IMG/VR virus record: IMGVR_UViG_3300041402_000314
Coordinates: 140,150-204,149 of that record
DNA: 64,000 nt
Reading direction: 5' to 3' (one strand)
A model generated the notes under the pieces. It saw nothing but the letters and a program-made list of their open reading frames with translations. It made no database searches and was not told the origin of the DNA. The first letter of the stretch is position 1. The number at the start of each line of letters is the position of its first letter. Made by a program: the position numbers and the translations under genes. Positions 18,788 to 28,460 of this stretch are shown here, one piece after another.

Positions 18788-18970
18788 TCAGTCTTCTCCC
18801 ATTAACCAGCTTTTACATCTTTCCTCATCATGAATTATGACATTAAAGAAATGGTCACGATCTCTCTTATATCTCTTTTCACATTCTTCAGAACAGGCAA
18901 AGTCACCATCAACACCTAAAAGAATAGCTCCGTATTCTGGTACATCTCCTTTACATACCCAACATTTCAT
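18788..18970 (-). CDS. small Zn-finger-like protein
   Basis: CxxC...CSxxC. Confidence 0.65.
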   Translation of the reverse strand: MKCWVCKGDVPEYGAILLGVDGDFACSEECEKRYKRDRDHFFNVIIHDEERCKSWLMGED

Positions 18971-18972
18971 TA

Positions 18973-19410
18973 TTACTCCTCGATCACATGTCTTTCAGTA
19001 AACAGCTCCATTGCCTTGTCCTGATCTTCCTGATAGAATATGATGGAGTCAGTAATCAAAAATAGATTACAAAGGAATTGGCCTAGTCTTATTTGAGGAT
19101 GTTTAACAACATACTTAGTGAAATAAAGCTGGATAGCATCGGTATATTGTGTTTCATTGACTTTTGGATTCTCCATCATTATTCTCCATTCACAATCAGC
19201 ATAGTGATTTTCGACTATACCATTAATTTCTGGTGCAGACCTTTTACAATCGGCACATCGCTGATATGGATTACCGCCACCAATTGGCTCGGAAGGATAA
19301 TCAAAATTTAACTTTTTATCTTCAAACTTTTTGAATCTAACCTCGGCCTGATAATCATCAGGATTAAAATGTCGGCTTTCCATATCACCACTCATAATAC
19401 ATTCCTCCAT
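18973..19410 (-). CDS. hypothetical protein
   Basis: first ORF after promoter 19423-19451. Confidence 0.7.
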   Translation of the reverse strand: MEECIMSGDMESRHFNPDDYQAEVRFKKFEDKKLNFDYPSEPIGGGNPYQRCADCKRSAPEINGIVENHYADCEWRIMMENPKVNETQYTDAIQLYFTKYVVKHPQIRLGQFLCNLFLITDSIIFYQEDQDKAMELFTERHVIEE

Positions 19411-19422
19411 TATTTAAACCCT

Positions 19423-19451
19423 ATTATAACAGAATGGAACTCTTCTGTCAA
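19423..19451 (-). promoter_or_regulatory. sigma70-type early promoter
   Basis: TTGACA-17nt-TATAAT with extended -10 TG. Confidence 0.8.
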
Positions 19452-19466
19452 GAAAAATCCTGAAAG

Positions 19467-19474
19467 TATAAATA
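19467..19474 (+). promoter_or_regulatory. T4-type late promoter
   Basis: TATAAATA upstream of sheath. Confidence 0.8.
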
Positions 19475-19514
19475 ATTAAAACATTAAGAACTATTATTTT
19501 AAGGAGATAGATTT

Positions 19515-21155
19515 ATGCCACAATTACTTTCACCCGATGTAAACATAGTCGAAAGAGATTTAAGTGCTTTTGTTGCGTCTGTAGCTACCAGTATAGCAGT
19601 ATATGTAGGTAGGGCTACTAAAGGACCAGTATGGGAAAAGACACAGGTTTCCAATGAAAGACAGTTTGCAGAACTATTCGGTGAGCCGACATCAACTGAT
19701 TATGAGGATTTTTTTACCGCTGCTGGATTCCTTCAGTATGGTAACACCTTGTATTACACAAGAGTCGTTGATACCGCAACTGCTAAAAACTCACAATTAA
19801 ACGTAAGCACTGGTGCTGCTCCTTCTGCTGGAGATGGTGATTATGTTGCTGATTGGGAAGAATATACGCCCTCATTCGGTGCTGAGAAAATGCAAGTGTA
19901 CGCTAAGTATCCGGGAGCTTACGGTGACACTGATTTCAAAGTAGCAATGATCAGTAATACAGATTGGGCTACTATAGGTACATCACCTACTCTCTCTGGT
20001 TATGAGTCTGTCATCGATCAAGGTCCAGAGCTTGCTACAGAATTCCTTGTTATCGTATCTGCTCTACAGTCAGATGGAGAATATGAAATCCTCGAAACTT
20101 ACCTTGTTTCTGATACCGAAGGAACTAAGGACTTCGAAGGCAATAACATGTATGTCGATGAGGTCATTAATAAAGGCTCAAACTACATACTAGTATTCAA
20201 TAATACTGGCGTGTCCGCTGAACTACAGTCGTTTGCTGAGACTGCTCCTGCTAATGGTGCGGACGGTGATATAAATGAAGCCGATATCGTACTAGGATAT
20301 GATCTTTATGATAACCCTGAAGAAATCGAAATCAACTATGTGATAGGTGGTAGTCATACTACTGTTGCAACTGCAAATGCTATTCTTGCGCTATGTGTTG
20401 CAAGAGCAGACTGTTTTGCGATTCTCGATGTTCCTAAATCTGATGTTGTAGGTATTGCTAGTATTTCAACCGCTGTAAGTAATGTAGTAGACTATAGAAA
20501 GACGGAACTTAATGCTAATACTTCTTACGGTGCGCTATATGCTAACTGGCTTTATATCTATGATAAATATAACGATACAAACAGATGGGTTCCGAGTGGT
20601 GGTCATGTAGCTGGTATCTATGCCCATACTGCTAATGTAGAGGATGCATGGTTCGCTCCTGCTGGACTTAATAGAGGTATTTTGAGTAACGTTATTAAGC
20701 TGGCTATGAATCCGGGTAAATCTTATAGAGATACGCTATATAAGAATCAAATCAATCCATTGGTTAGTTTCCCCGGTCAAGGAATTAGTGTTTGGGGTCA
20801 AAAGACTCTCCAGACTAAACCTTCTGCATTCGATAGAGTTAATGTTAGATTACTCTTTCTATACATGGAAAAAGCTATTGGTAGAAGTGCAAAATATGTT
20901 GTTTTCGAACAAAATGATCAGCTTACTAGAAGTATCTTTAAGAACCAGATTGAACCATTCCTTGATGATATCAAAGGCAGAAGAGGTATATATGACTTCT
21001 TAGTATTGGTAGATGAATCCGTTAATACGCCCGAAAGAGTGGACAGAAATGAGTTTCATTGTGAAATTTTCGTAAAACCAGTTAAGAGTGCAGAATTTAT
21101 CGTACTTCGTTTCACTGCGACAAAAACTGGTGTAGACTTTAGTGAGTTAACTTAA
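19515..21155 (+). CDS. gp18: tail sheath protein (T4 gp18-like)
   Basis: LSPxVxxxExD N-terminus, WFAPAGLNRG, WGQKT...AFDRVNVRLLF, FEQND, IFVKP. Confidence 0.96.
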   Translation: MPQLLSPDVNIVERDLSAFVASVATSIAVYVGRATKGPVWEKTQVSNERQFAELFGEPTSTDYEDFFTAAGFLQYGNTLYYTRVVDTATAKNSQLNVSTGAAPSAGDGDYVADWEEYTPSFGAEKMQVYAKYPGAYGDTDFKVAMISNTDWATIGTSPTLSGYESVIDQGPELATEFLVIVSALQSDGEYEILETYLVSDTEGTKDFEGNNMYVDEVINKGSNYILVFNNTGVSAELQSFAETAPANGADGDINEADIVLGYDLYDNPEEIEINYVIGGSHTTVATANAILALCVARADCFAILDVPKSDVVGIASISTAVSNVVDYRKTELNANTSYGALYANWLYIYDKYNDTNRWVPSGGHVAGIYAHTANVEDAWFAPAGLNRGILSNVIKLAMNPGKSYRDTLYKNQINPLVSFPGQGISVWGQKTLQTKPSAFDRVNVRLLFLYMEKAIGRSAKYVVFEQNDQLTRSIFKNQIEPFLDDIKGRRGIYDFLVLVDESVNTPERVDRNEFHCEIFVKPVKSAEFIVLRFTATKTGVDFSELT

Positions 21156-21157
21156 GA

Positions 21158-21165
21158 TATAAATA
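21158..21165 (+). promoter_or_regulatory. T4-type late promoter
   Basis: TATAAATA. Confidence 0.7.
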
Positions 21166-21170
21166 TTTAA

Positions 21171-21228
21171 GGAAGGACAGTGGGTAGCTCCCATTGATGA
21201 TGTGTTTACTCCATATCATCTTACTTCC
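21171..21228 (+). promoter_or_regulatory. structured 5' leader (three-way junction)
   Basis: GGAAG/CTTCC closing CAGTGGG-TAGCT-CCCATTG and ATGATGTG/CATATCAT hairpins. Confidence 0.55.
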
Positions 21229-21258
21229 ATACATAACTTAAATAATGGAGTAAACATT

Positions 21259-22239
21259 ATGAAAGAAAAAATAATTTGTCATATTTGCTATAAAGAATTT
21301 AATTCTATTCTTAGTTTATCGAGACACATCAAACCCGCTCACAGTATATCAAGTAAAGATTATTTTGATAAATTTATCAAAAAAGAGAAAAGTGGTTTAT
21401 GCTCAGTATGTTCAAATCCTACTCGTTTTGTTAATTTCGGTATAGGATACAAAAAATATTGTTCAAATAGCTGTCATAACAGAGATAAGAAAGCTCTGAC
21501 AGATATAAGAGATGCACTTATCTATGAAGAAAAAATAAAAACCGAAACGATAGTTTTTGACTGTGAGATTTGCGGATATAAAATTTTTAATAACTATCAT
21601 GGTATTGGTTCTCATCTAAAACATAAACATAACTTATCTATACAAGAATATTATGATAAATATTATTTAGAAAATATATTAGATAAGAAATGTAACATTT
21701 GTGACCGAGAAACATCATTTCGCTCTTTAGAAGTTGGGTATACTAAATATTGCTCTATTTCTTGTAGTAACAAGGAAGAGGTTAACATATTAGCAAGAAA
21801 GAAAGGTATAAATAAGAAAGAAGTAAAGGAGAGACAGTCTCGTAATTTATCACAGAGAATTTTAAATGGGACTTTTAATCCATTCGCTAAAAAATTTAAA
21901 ACTGGATATTTTTATTCTGAGAAAAATCAGAAAGATTTGTATTACCGTTCATCATATGAATTAAAAGCATATCAAATGTTGGAACAGATGTCTTTAGTTA
22001 ACATATATGAAACTGAACCATTTAGAATACCTTATAAGGATATGAAAGGTGTAACTAGAAATTATATACCTGATATTTTGATTATCTATGAAGATGGTAT
22101 GAGAGAATTGGTAGAAGTGAAACCAGAAAATTTATTAAAGGATGAAACCATTCAAATAAAAACAGAATCTGCCAAACAGTATTGTAAAGCCAATAACATG
22201 TCCTTTAATATATGGACTGAAAAATTCCTAGAACTATAA
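21259..22239 (+). CDS. TnsA-like PD-(D/E)xK endonuclease with two tandem Zn-binding repeats (free-standing endonuclease or gp4-like)
   Basis: RSSYE, EPxxIPY, YIPD, LVEVKP, WTE; duplicated CxxC..H...H / CxxC...GYxKYCSxSC; ATG 21259 has a GGAG RBS. Confidence 0.8.
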   Translation: MKEKIICHICYKEFNSILSLSRHIKPAHSISSKDYFDKFIKKEKSGLCSVCSNPTRFVNFGIGYKKYCSNSCHNRDKKALTDIRDALIYEEKIKTETIVFDCEICGYKIFNNYHGIGSHLKHKHNLSIQEYYDKYYLENILDKKCNICDRETSFRSLEVGYTKYCSISCSNKEEVNILARKKGINKKEVKERQSRNLSQRILNGTFNPFAKKFKTGYFYSEKNQKDLYYRSSYELKAYQMLEQMSLVNIYETEPFRIPYKDMKGVTRNYIPDILIIYEDGMRELVEVKPENLLKDETIQIKTESAKQYCKANNMSFNIWTEKFLEL

Positions 22240-22242
22240 ATA
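22235..22242 (+). promoter_or_regulatory. T4-type late promoter
   Basis: TATAAATA. Confidence 0.7.
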
Positions 22243-22257
22243 ATTAAAAAGGATAAT

Positions 22258-22512
22258 ATGAGTACCATAGATAAGATAGATAGTCTATTAGAAGCGAAGA
22301 AACCTCTAAAAGGAAAAGTGGTGGACTTAGCTAAAAAATTCAAGAAAGGTGATATTGTCAAAAGGAAAGATGGTAAGCCCTTTCTTGATACAGGAAGCCA
22401 TGAATTAAATCCAGCATATCGACTAAAAGTACGTGATGTTGAAGAAGGTAAAATATGGATTGAATATTCAATCGGGTGGATTAACCCAGAAAAATTAATA
22501 AAAACCAAATAG
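22258..22512 (+). CDS. small late protein, possible internal head protein
   Basis: own late promoter; N-terminal IDSLLEA resembles T4-like prohead-protease-cleaved leaders. Confidence 0.55.
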   Translation: MSTIDKIDSLLEAKKPLKGKVVDLAKKFKKGDIVKRKDGKPFLDTGSHELNPAYRLKVRDVEEGKIWIEYSIGWINPEKLIKTK

Positions 22513-22554
22513 AGTTAACATAAAAATATATAGATAAATAAGGAGAAATAAAAC

Positions 22555-23064
22555 ATGCCTTTCAATGTTTCAGAATTTAGAGCAAAAGTAAGGGATTTTG
22601 CTAGACAATACCTATTCGAGATGGAGATTCTTTTTCCACAACCAGTAGGTAAAGGCGAAATCGCTAACTGGACGGTAGAAGCGTCCGCAATACCCGGAAG
22701 AATCATCGAGCCAATTGATGTTCCTTTCATGGGACAGCAATATAAAATAGCTGGAATGGTGTCATATGACCCTTGGAATATAACCTTTAGAATGGATGAT
22801 GGCTATGAAGTATATAAGCTTTTCAGAGCATGGTCTGAGTTAGTTCATGGTACTGAGTCTAATATCGCTGCGTTCCCTGCACAATACAAGTCTAACCCGA
22901 TTGTATACCAATTGGATTCTGCTGGAAATAGACTGAATGCAATCACTCTTAACGGTGCGTGGCCTTCAACTGTTAGTGAAATCGCCATTACTCAAGGTGA
23001 TTCTGCTGTACAGACATTTGATGTAACATTCGATTATGACTTCAGTAAATTTGAAGTCCTTTAA
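22555..23064 (+). CDS. gp19: tail tube protein (T4 gp19-like)
   Basis: FAR.YLF, ASAIPG..I..I.VPFMG, YDPWNITF, GAWP..VSEI, FDVTFDY. Confidence 0.92.
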   Translation: MPFNVSEFRAKVRDFARQYLFEMEILFPQPVGKGEIANWTVEASAIPGRIIEPIDVPFMGQQYKIAGMVSYDPWNITFRMDDGYEVYKLFRAWSELVHGTESNIAAFPAQYKSNPIVYQLDSAGNRLNAITLNGAWPSTVSEIAITQGDSAVQTFDVTFDYDFSKFEVL

Positions 23065-23080
23065 TATCAACTAATAATTA

Positions 23081-23112
23081 CCTGTGAGGGTAGGCAATCT
23101 TACCCTCACAGG
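23081..23112 (+). terminator. strong hairpin after the tail tube gene (terminator or stability element)
   Basis: CCTGTGAGGGTA/TACCCTCACAGG inverted repeat; no clear U-tract. Confidence 0.55.
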
Positions 23113-23178
23113 AATATTCTCTTCCCCCCATTACTTCCAGCTACACCCTCTGACGTAAATCTCTGCGTCCACTACCTA

Positions 23179-23204
23179 TATAAATAATTGAAAAACTATA
23201 AATA
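23179..23204 (+). promoter_or_regulatory. two tandem T4-type late promoters
   Basis: TATAAATA at 23179 and 23197. Confidence 0.7.
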
Positions 23205-23225
23205 CTTAAAATGGGAGAACTGTAA

Positions 23226-23981
23226 ATGAGTAAACTTGATGATGTGTTAAATCATATGGAGGAAACCACCTATTCTTTTAATGTACCGCTACTTAGTAAC
23301 AAGAAAGAAAAGGTAGAGTTTAGACCTCTTAAAACTAAAGATCAGAAATTATTGGCGGTAGAAGGTGCTGATGGAACGAGTAAATTTGATAATTTCACAA
23401 TAATGCTCAAACTTCTCGATAGCTGTCTCCGTAAAAACAAAACATCTCTAGGTAGTATGCTACTGGAAGATTTTTATTGGTTGATTATAAATCTAAGAAT
23501 AAAGTCTTTGGGTAACACACTGGAATTATATGGTACTTGCGAACAATGTAATACTAATAAAATTCCTTTCGTATTAGATTTGGAAAAGGATATGGAGATA
23601 ACTTATTTAGACGGTATCAAGAATAACGAATTAAAAATATCCGATAAATTAACTTTATTCCTTAAGCACATATGCCTTGAAGACATGTTAGAAATTCTTA
23701 AAAGAGAAGAAGATACTGATGGCGGTGGTATGGAATTATCACTGGCTTACATGATTGATTATATAGAATTTAATGAAGAGATAATCGATGTAGATAATAC
23801 CGATAGTAGAATAGCATTGATGGATGAATTATCTGCTGATCAATTAAAGTATTTTAAAACATTCCTCGAAGAAAATGCTTTTGGTATGAAAGTAAAAAAG
23901 AGTTTCAAATGTACTAATGAAAAATGTGGAGAGGAAACTAAAGTAGAATTAGAAGGTTTTGATATAATTGATTTTTTTTAA
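23226..23981 (+). CDS. gp26: baseplate hub assembly protein (T4 gp26-like)
   Basis: FRPL..KDQK.L, D..W..I.LR.KSLG, CxxC, C-terminal Cys motif and LEG..DFF. Confidence 0.85.
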   Translation: MSKLDDVLNHMEETTYSFNVPLLSNKKEKVEFRPLKTKDQKLLAVEGADGTSKFDNFTIMLKLLDSCLRKNKTSLGSMLLEDFYWLIINLRIKSLGNTLELYGTCEQCNTNKIPFVLDLEKDMEITYLDGIKNNELKISDKLTLFLKHICLEDMLEILKREEDTDGGGMELSLAYMIDYIEFNEEIIDVDNTDSRIALMDELSADQLKYFKTFLEENAFGMKVKKSFKCTNEKCGEETKVELEGFDIIDFF

Positions 23982-24160
23982 TAACTGTTCAAGGCGAAGT
24001 GACATTTGAAGACCTCTTATATGAAATACACTATCTAAGTACCCATTGTAATATGGATTCGAGGTATGTAGAGAATCTACCTATATTCGAAAGAGAATTC
24101 CATATACACACACTAATAGCTAGATTAAAGAAGGAAGCTGATGCCAACGAAGGAAAGTAA
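23972..24160 (+). CDS. gp51-like hub chaperone ORF in the -1 frame, probably reached by frameshift
   Basis: FFLITVQGEVTFEDLLYEIHYLSTHCNMDSRYVENLPIFEREFHIHTLIARLKKE...; ExLPxxER motif; opens at the T8 run. Confidence 0.7.
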   Translation, partial: FFLITVQGEVTFEDLLYEIHYLSTHCNMDSRYVENLPIFEREFHIHTLIARLKKEADANEGK

Positions 24161-25796
24161 AGAAATAGGGAAAGAAATTAAGAATGCCTTTAAAGTGCCG
24201 TCTGAAGAGATGGTTAAAGTCATTACTGAAATCAATAGGACTACAGAGAATAAAATTGCCGATCTATCGAAATCGCAAAAAACGTTCTTAAAGGGTTTTG
24301 TTGAAAAAGAATCTCCTCTATTAGACAAAACATTCAAATTCTTCAAAGAAGGTAAGAAGCGAGAAAAAATAAAGGCGATTCTACAGGCTAAGACTATGGG
24401 ACCAGTAATGGTGAAAGGTCTTTCTCTCGGTCTACTTAAATTCGGAATTGGTGGTGCTTTAGGCGCAGCTAAAATATTTGACGTAACTGAAAAATATCAG
24501 GATTATGTTAAAGATGCGGATGCCGAGAAAAAACAAGAAATGGTTAACCTTGTCGATGAATTGAGAAGTGGTGAAAATCCTAAGACTATGGAAGAGATCG
24601 AAAAGACCTTGAAGAAGCAAGGTGTTAAGGGCTTCGAGTTAACTGCTATCATGAAGGATTATTCTAAGATACTCGATGATCGCATGAGGGAAGTAGTTAC
24701 TCAGGGTCTTGAATCTAAAAAAGAAACAAATTCGATTCTTTCCGAACTAGTAGAAAAAGGCGTTATAAGTAAAGGAGATTTAAAAGCTCAAGAAGATGTT
24801 AAGCTAAAAGTTCAAAAGGCTAAGAAGAAACAAATACCTGCTACTAAAGTAGAACAGAAGACTTCCGATACTCTCCAGAAATTAACCAATGTAACTGGTG
24901 TTGTTGGTGACGAGAATAAAGAAAAATTAGTCGAGATAGCTCAAGCCATAGATAAGAATCGTTATGAGATTGTTAATGTACAGGAATATCTTAATTTGAT
25001 GGTCGATACTCAAAAAGATAGTAATAAAGTAGCTATCGAGAGAGCGACCATTGACGATAAGAGATTAAATCTCGAAAAGCAAGTAGAACAGAATGATCAA
25101 CTAAGACATCTCGAACTTATGAAAGCTGGTGAAGATGGTGGAGATGGTAAGGGTGGTCTATTTGAAGGCTTCAAGGGATTTAAAACAGCCTTATCAAGTG
25201 CTATTCCTCTTATAAAGGGTTTGGGTACTGCTGGTCTAGTTGCTGGTGCTGCATTTGCTGGATTTAAAATTGGTGGGGAAATCAATAAAGGTATTAATAG
25301 TATGGTCTCTTTCCTAACTGGTAAAGAAGGTGATACATTTGGTGGATGGTTATATGATATAACTCATCCTAGCGAAGATAGAGTTGAAGTAGAAGCAAAA
25401 GCTGGAAAAAAGACTACTGGTGTTATAGCTGAAATGAATGAACTTAGAAAGACATTTGGTTCTGGGTTTCAGAGAAAATTAAAGGCTCGTGGATATACAG
25501 GACCGATGACTCGCAAATCAGTTACCGAGTTCTTTGAATCTCAAAAGAAACCTTCCCTTCAGAAAGAAGTGGAGAAAGCTGAAGCAACAAAGATTAAAAT
25601 GGAAAAGGAACGCAAACAAAAGGAAATGGCTATATTTGAGAGAATGTCAGATGAAGATGCCATTAGTGCAATAACAGCAAAAGCATTGGCTGAGATGAAT
25701 ATTAATGTGGGCGGTGGCGTTAGTAAATTGGATAAGATACCTTCCAATTCTGATGATCTACCACTAGCATATGCAGCTAAAGGAGGAACTTCTTAA
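24141..25796 (+). CDS. putative tape measure / hub protein
   Basis: long helical K/E-rich protein with Gly/Ala hydrophobic patches, between gp26/gp51 and the gp48-like gene. Confidence 0.7.
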   Translation: MPTKESKEIGKEIKNAFKVPSEEMVKVITEINRTTENKIADLSKSQKTFLKGFVEKESPLLDKTFKFFKEGKKREKIKAILQAKTMGPVMVKGLSLGLLKFGIGGALGAAKIFDVTEKYQDYVKDADAEKKQEMVNLVDELRSGENPKTMEEIEKTLKKQGVKGFELTAIMKDYSKILDDRMREVVTQGLESKKETNSILSELVEKGVISKGDLKAQEDVKLKVQKAKKKQIPATKVEQKTSDTLQKLTNVTGVVGDENKEKLVEIAQAIDKNRYEIVNVQEYLNLMVDTQKDSNKVAIERATIDDKRLNLEKQVEQNDQLRHLELMKAGEDGGDGKGGLFEGFKGFKTALSSAIPLIKGLGTAGLVAGAAFAGFKIGGEINKGINSMVSFLTGKEGDTFGGWLYDITHPSEDRVEVEAKAGKKTTGVIAEMNELRKTFGSGFQRKLKARGYTGPMTRKSVTEFFESQKKPSLQKEVEKAEATKIKMEKERKQKEMAIFERMSDEDAISAITAKALAEMNINVGGGVSKLDKIPSNSDDLPLAYAAKGGTS

Positions 25797-26854
25797 TGGC
25801 AACAGCGAATAATCCTAATGAAAATAGAATAGCTACAGTTCCTAGAAATTGGAAAACCATGTTCGGAAACAAGAACGATGGTGACATTAATAATATGTTT
25901 CTGGTTATTGAAGCATGGTCCCCGCCGTCAATTAAGGTTCTCACTACCGATCTGACTAATATATATAATTATGCGTCCTCAGAGTTCCTAGAAGGCTTTA
26001 GATTCTTTTATCCGAGGGATAACATACAAGAACAGATTAAACACTCCTATAGCGAATCCTCGTCCACCTACAGCGAAGCTATAGCTGGATTCAGAGGCGG
26101 ACTTACTAAAAATCTTACTGCGGTAGTAGAAGCTAGTACAGGTGCAACAGGCGGAGCATTAACTGAAGAACCTCATATTTTTACTAAATCAGAAAGAAGA
26201 TCATTCTCTATTAATATACCACTAATAGCTTATGATGATTTGGAAAAGGATATATATGCGATAACTAAGTTTTTTAGAAAAAATTCTTATCCGAGAAGAT
26301 CAAATGATTCTGGGGGAAAAGCTCTTCTTAATACAATTCAATATCCTAGCGTATTTAAAATAAGAGGTGGTTTGTTCGATACAAACCAACCCGCGAAAGG
26401 TAGCACATTTGTATTAGAAGATTGTACGTTCGACTATAATCCAAATGTCAAGTCATTTATAAAAGGATTACCAACAGAAGTTGTTTTAACATTAGGCTTT
26501 ACTGAGTTGAATCTTTTATTTGGTGAAGATTTTGACGCTACTCCAGTGAATGTAAATATTGGAGAATCTGGTGGTGCATCTACACTACCATCCAAGAACA
26601 AATTCAATGAAGGGGCGATTGGTATGAGAGGGGAAACTGCTCTTATAACTGATGTTAGTGAATATCTCAGAAAGTCTAAATTAGCTAAGAGAATTACTAA
26701 TTTACCAGAAACAATAGAAGGTAAATTAAAGGACGAGGCAAGAAGTATAGTTCAAGAAAGTTCGTTGTATAAAAAAGTTACGGCACTGACTGATAATGAC
26801 CCTGTACATCTTGCCGAAGTAAAGGCAATATTGGGTAAGATAAGAGGATTATAA
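25796..26854 (+). CDS. baseplate-tube junction protein (gp48-like)
   Basis: RSFS, FFR..SYP, YP..F.I, L.DC..DY.P, P.EV.LTL.F.EL; synteny. Confidence 0.7.
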   Translation: MATANNPNENRIATVPRNWKTMFGNKNDGDINNMFLVIEAWSPPSIKVLTTDLTNIYNYASSEFLEGFRFFYPRDNIQEQIKHSYSESSSTYSEAIAGFRGGLTKNLTAVVEASTGATGGALTEEPHIFTKSERRSFSINIPLIAYDDLEKDIYAITKFFRKNSYPRRSNDSGGKALLNTIQYPSVFKIRGGLFDTNQPAKGSTFVLEDCTFDYNPNVKSFIKGLPTEVVLTLGFTELNLLFGEDFDATPVNVNIGESGGASTLPSKNKFNEGAIGMRGETALITDVSEYLRKSKLAKRITNLPETIEGKLKDEARSIVQESSLYKKVTALTDNDPVHLAEVKAILGKIRGL

Positions 26855-26855
26855 T

Positions 26856-27191
26856 ATGGCTAAAAAAATAAGAAGCGGTACAAAGTCAATTATAAATATT
26901 TTAGGGTATACGGAATATAACGGCGAGACCATTACTAATATATTCCAAAAATTTAGCATCAAGCAAAGTAATTTACTTAACGTTAACTTCTATGATGAAT
27001 ATATCGTACAAAGTAGCGATAGATGGGACAGTATTTCATATAAGTTTTACAATACTACAACTCTTTGGTGGATGATAGCTAATTATAATGGAATATTTGA
27101 CCCTTTCGAAGAATTGGTAGTAGGTGAAAAAATTAAAATAGTTAAACCAGAATTGGTATCAAGTCTAATTCTAGGATTGAGAAATAGATAA
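26856..27191 (+). CDS. gp53: baseplate wedge LysM protein (gp53-like)
   Basis: Y.VQ.SDRWDSISYKFY....WWMIA..N.I.DP. Confidence 0.85.
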   Translation: MAKKIRSGTKSIINILGYTEYNGETITNIFQKFSIKQSNLLNVNFYDEYIVQSSDRWDSISYKFYNTTTLWWMIANYNGIFDPFEELVVGEKIKIVKPELVSSLILGLRNR

Positions 27192-27193
27192 AA

Positions 27194-28438
27194 ATGGCAG
27201 AACATAAAATAACATATAAATTAAAGGGCATTAAACCGCCTTATGTTGGTGGAGAAATAGAAATTAATCCAACTGCGGTTGTTCAATTTTACTTCATAGA
27301 AAGTATAGAAAACATGTTTCTAACTGGTAAGATAGAAATAGAAGATATTGGAGGTCTCTTAGAAAAACTCCCATTGACAGGAGAAGAAACACTAGAAGTT
27401 ATTATAGAGCAAGACTTAAAAGGCGATACCGAAATAATTTCTCTAAAGACACTGGAATTTGAATTCTATAATATTGAATTGGGAATTACTGATAGAATTA
27501 AAACAACTAAGTATATATGTCATCTAGTGGAAAAAGGTTTTTTTGATTTTGTTAATAAGAGTTATAGTAAGTCGTATAAAGAGAAACACGTAAGCGATAT
27601 AGTTGAAGATATATGTAAAAATCAACTCGGTTTAGAAAGCGATCAATATGATGTAGAAGATACTTCAGATAAAGTAAATTTTATAATTCCGTATTGGAAA
27701 CCTCTTACTTCATTGAAATATTTTACGAGGATTGCAAGGAGAAAACAAAGCCCAACTGAAAGCGGTTATCTTTTTTACTCTACTACAGGCGATGAGGATA
27801 CTGAGAATCCTATCAAAAAATTCGTTTCTTTCGCTACTCTATTAGAAGTAAAACCAGATACAAGTGCAGAAAAAAAATATTACTTTAAGAAGAATAGTAT
27901 CAATCCTAATTTTATCAATAACTTTCAAGATGTTAAAAATCCTAATTTTAAGAATAGAAAGATACTGAAAGATGGTGTTTCTGGAAAGAAATATTACGGT
28001 GTGGATTTTGTAACTGATAAGACACTCTATACCGTTGAAAAGAAATATAGTGAATTTGTAGCCAGTGCTAAAATGTCTGGGAATGTATCATATCTTTCTA
28101 TTGGATTAGATGACGTGGATAGCGAAGTAGAATTTATGGGCTATCCAGATAGAAAATTAATAGAGGCACGACAAGATTTTAGATTTAGAATGTCTTTAGA
28201 GAGCTTTAATAAAAGAGAAGTTCTTGTTGATGGAGCATTGAATAGAAATTGCGGAAAGACCATATATGTCGAACAGGCAACCGATAATCCAGATGAGCTA
28301 CATAATGTCGAACATTCTGGTACATGGTTAATAAAAACTATTACTCATAGCTTCATGATAAAATCTTATGATCAGAAACTTGTAATATTAAAGGACGCTT
28401 ACGAGTCCACTGAAGTAGAAGGTCATGATAGTGTATAA
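27194..28438 (+). CDS. baseplate hub protein (gp27-like)
   Basis: ESI...FLTG.I...D, LPLTGEE, IPYW.P, YLFY, SG.WLI..ITH. Confidence 0.8.
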   Translation: MAEHKITYKLKGIKPPYVGGEIEINPTAVVQFYFIESIENMFLTGKIEIEDIGGLLEKLPLTGEETLEVIIEQDLKGDTEIISLKTLEFEFYNIELGITDRIKTTKYICHLVEKGFFDFVNKSYSKSYKEKHVSDIVEDICKNQLGLESDQYDVEDTSDKVNFIIPYWKPLTSLKYFTRIARRKQSPTESGYLFYSTTGDEDTENPIKKFVSFATLLEVKPDTSAEKKYYFKKNSINPNFINNFQDVKNPNFKNRKILKDGVSGKKYYGVDFVTDKTLYTVEKKYSEFVASAKMSGNVSYLSIGLDDVDSEVEFMGYPDRKLIEARQDFRFRMSLESFNKREVLVDGALNRNCGKTIYVEQATDNPDELHNVEHSGTWLIKTITHSFMIKSYDQKLVILKDAYESTEVEGHDSV

Positions 28439-28441
28439 ATA
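28434..28441 (+). promoter_or_regulatory. T4-type late promoter
   Basis: TATAAATA upstream of the gp5-like gene. Confidence 0.7.
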
Positions 28442-28460
28442 TTCATAAGGAGAAAAAATA

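Noticed and set aside
26891-26898. TATAAATA inside gp53
   Set aside because: Intragenic in AT-rich DNA; may be real but cannot be distinguished from chance.
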